A DNA stretch of 64,000 bases from Casimicrobiaceae bacterium. Lineage in GTDB: Bacteria > Pseudomonadota > Gammaproteobacteria > Burkholderiales > Casimicrobiaceae. Location: the NCBI GenBank assembly GCA_046714435.1, contig JBKKAZ010000221.1, positions 7,988 through 71,987 on the forward strand, given 5' to 3'. Below the pieces are notes generated by a model. That model did not search any database. It was not told the origin of the DNA and saw only the letters and a program-made list of their open reading frames with translations. The number at the start of each line of letters is the position of its first letter. The first letter of the stretch is position 1. The position numbers and the translations under genes are program-made. Positions 60,917 through 64,000 of the stretch are shown in pieces.

Positions 60917-61987
60917 CTACGATCCCGGGCGCGCACCCTTGGTGACGACGCTTTCGTAGGTCTTGACCCACTTCGCGTGCATGTCCAGGGCCTGCCGCGG
61001 GTCGATGTACTTGAGCGGAGACCTCGTCAGCGCCGATTCGAAACTCTTGCTCGTCGGCACGTAGCTGTTGTCGGCCAGCAGCTGCTGGCCTTCGCCCAGC
61101 ATGAAGTCGTAGAACAGCAGCGCGGTGTACGGGTGCGGCGCCTTCCTGAGCATGCCGATCGTGCTGAATTGCGCGATCACCGGCTGAATCGGGTATCCCT
61201 CGATCGGAGCCCCCTTCTGTTTCAGTTGCTCGGGATTCCAGCTGTACACCGTCAGCCCCAGCGGCACATCTCCCGAAGCGACCAGCGTGGTCAGCAGCGA
61301 GTGCCCCTTGCGCACCGAGATGCCGTTGCTTGCAACGATATCGGCAAAGAGCTTGTGCGTCTGAGCCTCGCCCAGCGCTTCGGAAAGCGTGGCGAACCAG
61401 TGCTGGTCGTCAACCTCGATCCCCAGCCGGCCCTTCCATCGCGGGTCGAGCAGGTCCTGATAGGACTTGGGCAGTTCCTCTTTCCTGATCTTGCTGGTGT
61501 TGTAGGCGGCGATGAAAATATCGCGCGTGATTCCCACCCAGGCGTTGTGGGCAGGGCTAGCTTCGGGGACCAGGTCCTTGAGAAAGGGGGACCTGACTTC
61601 CTGCAACAGTTGTTCCCGATGCGCAGCCTCGTTTTCCGGCGCGTTGTTCTGCACGATATCGACTTCATGGCGCCCGGCACGTGCCTCGGTCGTGAGCTTC
61701 TGCAGCACGCCCTCCGAACCGGATCTCCAGGCCTTGACCTTGATGCCATATTTGTTCGTGAACGCCGACATGACCGCCGGCAGGTTCGGGTACACGTGGT
61801 AGATCGATAGCTCGCCGCCCTCTTTCCTGGCGGCCGCCAACAGGCGTTCTTGACGATCCGCTCCCTGATACACGGCCATTTCCGCTACCGACAGCTGTCC
61901 CGGGACCGGATCGGCGGCCAACGATGACCCAGCGGGAGCGCCTGTCAACAGGGCCAACGCAAGAAGATCGATCAAACGGTTGCTCAT
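60917..61987 (-). CDS. ABC extracellular solute-binding protein (Fe3+/thiamine/polyamine-type fold), orphan
   Basis: Signal peptide, LAAARKEG.ELSIY, KYGIKV..WR, AYNT..I, DLLDPRWKG and APHP..A.LF.DF.L. Confidence 0.85.
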   Translation of the reverse strand: MSNRLIDLLALALLTGAPAGSSLAADPVPGQLSVAEMAVYQGADRQERLLAAARKEGGELSIYHVYPNLPAVMSAFTNKYGIKVKAWRSGSEGVLQKLTTEARAGRHEVDIVQNNAPENEAAHREQLLQEVRSPFLKDLVPEASPAHNAWVGITRDIFIAAYNTSKIRKEELPKSYQDLLDPRWKGRLGIEVDDQHWFATLSEALGEAQTHKLFADIVASNGISVRKGHSLLTTLVASGDVPLGLTVYSWNPEQLKQKGAPIEGYPIQPVIAQFSTIGMLRKAPHPYTALLFYDFMLGEGQQLLADNSYVPTSKSFESALTRSPLKYIDPRQALDMHAKWVKTYESVVTKGARPGS

Positions 61988-62084
61988 CTGAAGTCCCCTC
62001 AGGAAATCGATCGCGGATGCTCCGGAGTATCGATGGAGGCTCGCGCAACCACGTGCAAGCAATGGATGACCGCAGCGCGCCCGA

Positions 62085-62792
62085 TCACGAGTTCGCAGGA
62101 CGCGTCGACTTGCGCCGCAGGTACTCGAAATTGATGTTGAATTGCTCCGGACGCGTGATGTTGTAGTGCAGCCGCTTGATATCCTCCTGCGGGAACTCCT
62201 CGCCGATCCCTCCGGCCGACTCCGCCAGCAGCTGGATCCGGCAGGCGTTGTCAAGCAGGATCGCCAGGATCGTCGATTCCTCGACCGAAGCACCGGCTAC
62301 GGCCACGCCATGATTGCGCATCAGCGTCGCCTTGCACATGCCGAGCGCACGCGCGACACCGGCGCCCATTGCCTTGGTGCGAATCAGATCGATGGTCTCG
62401 GTGAAGTAGGGCAGGCCGTCGGCGAAAGCAACGCTCGGCTGGCTGATCGGCCGCAAGCGTCGACCGGTGGCCGAGAAGGCGACCACGAAGCTCGGGTGCG
62501 CATGGATGACACTGGTCACGTCCGGGCGCGCCCTGAAGATTTCCGAGTGGATGAACACTTCGCTGTGGCGTCGGCCCCCGCCGCCGACCTTTTCGCCTTC
62601 GAGATTGCAGATGACGATGTTCTCCGTCGTGATCTCGTCAAAGCCATGGCTGTGCGGCTTGATGAAGAAAAGGGATGGGTCGCCAGGCACGCGTACCGAG
62701 ACATGGCCTCGCGTGAGATCGCCCTGTCCTGCCGCCTCCAGAATGCGCCCGGCGTCGATGAGTTTCTGCTTCGCTTCGTCGGCAGTCATCAT
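62085..62792 (-). CDS. Class II aldolase/adducin family protein
   Basis: GHVSVR, IHSEIFRARPDV.SVIHAHP (Zn-binding HxH) and LMRNHG. Confidence 0.88.
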   Translation of the reverse strand: MMTADEAKQKLIDAGRILEAAGQGDLTRGHVSVRVPGDPSLFFIKPHSHGFDEITTENIVICNLEGEKVGGGGRRHSEVFIHSEIFRARPDVTSVIHAHPSFVVAFSATGRRLRPISQPSVAFADGLPYFTETIDLIRTKAMGAGVARALGMCKATLMRNHGVAVAGASVEESTILAILLDNACRIQLLAESAGGIGEEFPQEDIKRLHYNITRPEQFNINFEYLRRKSTRPANS

Positions 62793-64000
62793 GTTCCCTC
62801 GAAAATCCTGACCAGATCCTGCGCGATCGGGGAATACCGGGCGTGGGTGCGAAGCATGAAACTGGAGAAGCCGTCGCTGTTGTGGTGCTTGCTGGTTTCG
62901 TTAGGCAAGTCGATCCGGAGATTGCGCTGCGCGTCCCGAACGATGCCCATGGGATCGACGCCCTGTTCCATTTTCCTGATCTCGCGCCGAAGCGCACGGC
63001 GGTAGACTGCGACACCCTTGTCCGATGCCCCCAGATGCTCCTTGCTGCGGTCGGCGATCGAACCCTGGCTGATCCAGGCCATCATGTCCTGACCATCCAC
63101 GTTGTCCACGATGAACTCGCCGTTCTCGTCCTTGAACGGCACGTCGTACAAGTGAACCCGGTCGGTCAGGTGGGCAGGAACGATGGCGTCCCTGGGCGGG
63201 ATGTAGGCGTTGTACCAGAGATGGAGCGTGTGCTCGTCGTCGACCGGAACCCGGATTTGAAAGGAGTAGTAGCGCGACGTCTCGTCGCCGTTGCCGACGG
63301 CAAGCATATTCGGGAATACGATCGGGTGGCCGATCCGCCAGTCGTCGGAGTCTTCGGATTGGCCCGTAAGCAGACGGTGCTTGGTGATGCCGAACTCGAA
63401 TTCACGGAAGTCGATTTTTTCGTGCCGGGCACTGATCGCGACCTTGACGCCTTCCTGCTCCTTCTGGAACTCGTAGTGATGCCCATGGAGCCACTCGGTA
63501 TGGATCGGATCCATCGAGTTCTCCATGATCTGCAGCCAGTTGATGGGCAGCAGCGCACGCCCCATCATCCGGATCGCACCTTCGGCCACAAAGCCGTCGA
63601 AGCGCGGTAGCAGCGGCCTGGGCTCCGGACCCAGATACGCGAAGGTGAGGCCCCCGAGCTCTTCCACGGGATAGGCATCCGTCGAGACCCTCGCGCGGAA
63701 AGCACAATTGTCCGACTCGTTCGGCTGGCTCAAGCACTTCCCTGCGGCGCTGAACTCCCAGCCGTGATACGGACAGCGTATCCCGTCTTGGGTGGGAATG
63801 CCGTACGCAAGGGAAGCCTGGCGGTGCGGGCATTGCTCTGCAATCAAACCGAGGCGCCCCTGGCGATCCTTGAACAAAACCAGATCCTCGCCGAGCAGGC
63901 GGACACGCTTCGTCCAACGCTTCTCCAGCTCCGCCGCAGCCGCGATTGGCTGCCAGTAGCGCCGCAGCAGACTACCCATCGGGGTTCCGCGCCCGACCTG
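62789..64000 (-). CDS. Rieske aromatic oxygenase alpha subunit (phthalate 4,5-dioxygenase/LigXa/VanA-like), 5' truncated by window
   Basis: GTPMG.LLRRYWQP, CPHR.ASL...CPYHGW Rieske motif, NWLQ.MENSMDP.HT.WLH, QD.MAW.SQG.IADR..EHLG.SD. The frame is open to the window end. Confidence 0.9.
   Translation of the reverse strand, partial: QVGRGTPMGSLLRRYWQPIAAAAELEKRWTKRVRLLGEDLVLFKDRQGRLGLIAEQCPHRQASLAYGIPTQDGIRCPYHGWEFSAAGKCLSQPNESDNCAFRARVSTDAYPVEELGGLTFAYLGPEPRPLLPRFDGFVAEGAIRMMGRALLPINWLQIMENSMDPIHTEWLHGHHYEFQKEQEGVKVAISARHEKIDFREFEFGITKHRLLTGQSEDSDDWRIGHPIVFPNMLAVGNGDETSRYYSFQIRVPVDDEHTLHLWYNAYIPPRDAIVPAHLTDRVHLYDVPFKDENGEFIVDNVDGQDMMAWISQGSIADRSKEHLGASDKGVAVYRRALRREIRKMEQGVDPMGIVRDAQRNLRIDLPNETSKHHNSDGFSSFMLRTHARYSPIAQDLVRIFEGT

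Overview
A high-GC bacterial chromosome segment. The gene order rpoE-rseA-rseB-degP-lepA-lepB-rnc-era-recO-pdxJ-nagZ and a Bug/TctC binding protein point to a Betaproteobacterium (inference). From left to right it holds: a partial AcuI/YhdH reductase; a low-GC patch and an RHH/MazF toxin-antitoxin pair followed by a degenerate attC-like site; prpE; a type-II asparaginase; the sigmaE-lepAB-rnc-era core block, with acpS missing; an IclR/FadR-udh-TRAP sugar-acid module; a large aminophosphonate locus (phnR-phnA-phnY-pbfA-Na/Pi transporter-EamA-GcvT-like flavoprotein, divergent from an AepX-type ABC transporter and phnW); a GcvT-like flavoprotein-Rieske betaine-demethylase-like-MenA-like operon; a NUDIX gene; folD; a nucleotidyltransferase/small-protein pair; a gamma-glutamylation amino-alcohol pathway; gnd-gntK-metC; an incomplete Liv-type transporter; and a Rieske/class II aldolase/binding-protein module cut by the window end. 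Best candidate for an undescribed system: a betaine-style, folate-coupled N-demethylation route that feeds N-methylated 2-aminoethylphosphonates into PhnWYA. It rests on two 808-aa DMGDH/SARDH-like enzymes, one of them operonic with the phn genes, plus a GbcA-like Rieske oxygenase and nearby folD. Also notable: three intra-operon hairpins built from inverted 7- or 8-mer tandem arrays, and a REP/REPIN family. I found no tRNA, rRNA, CRISPR array, transposase or integrase. All family assignments are from motif recognition by eye, with no database searches.
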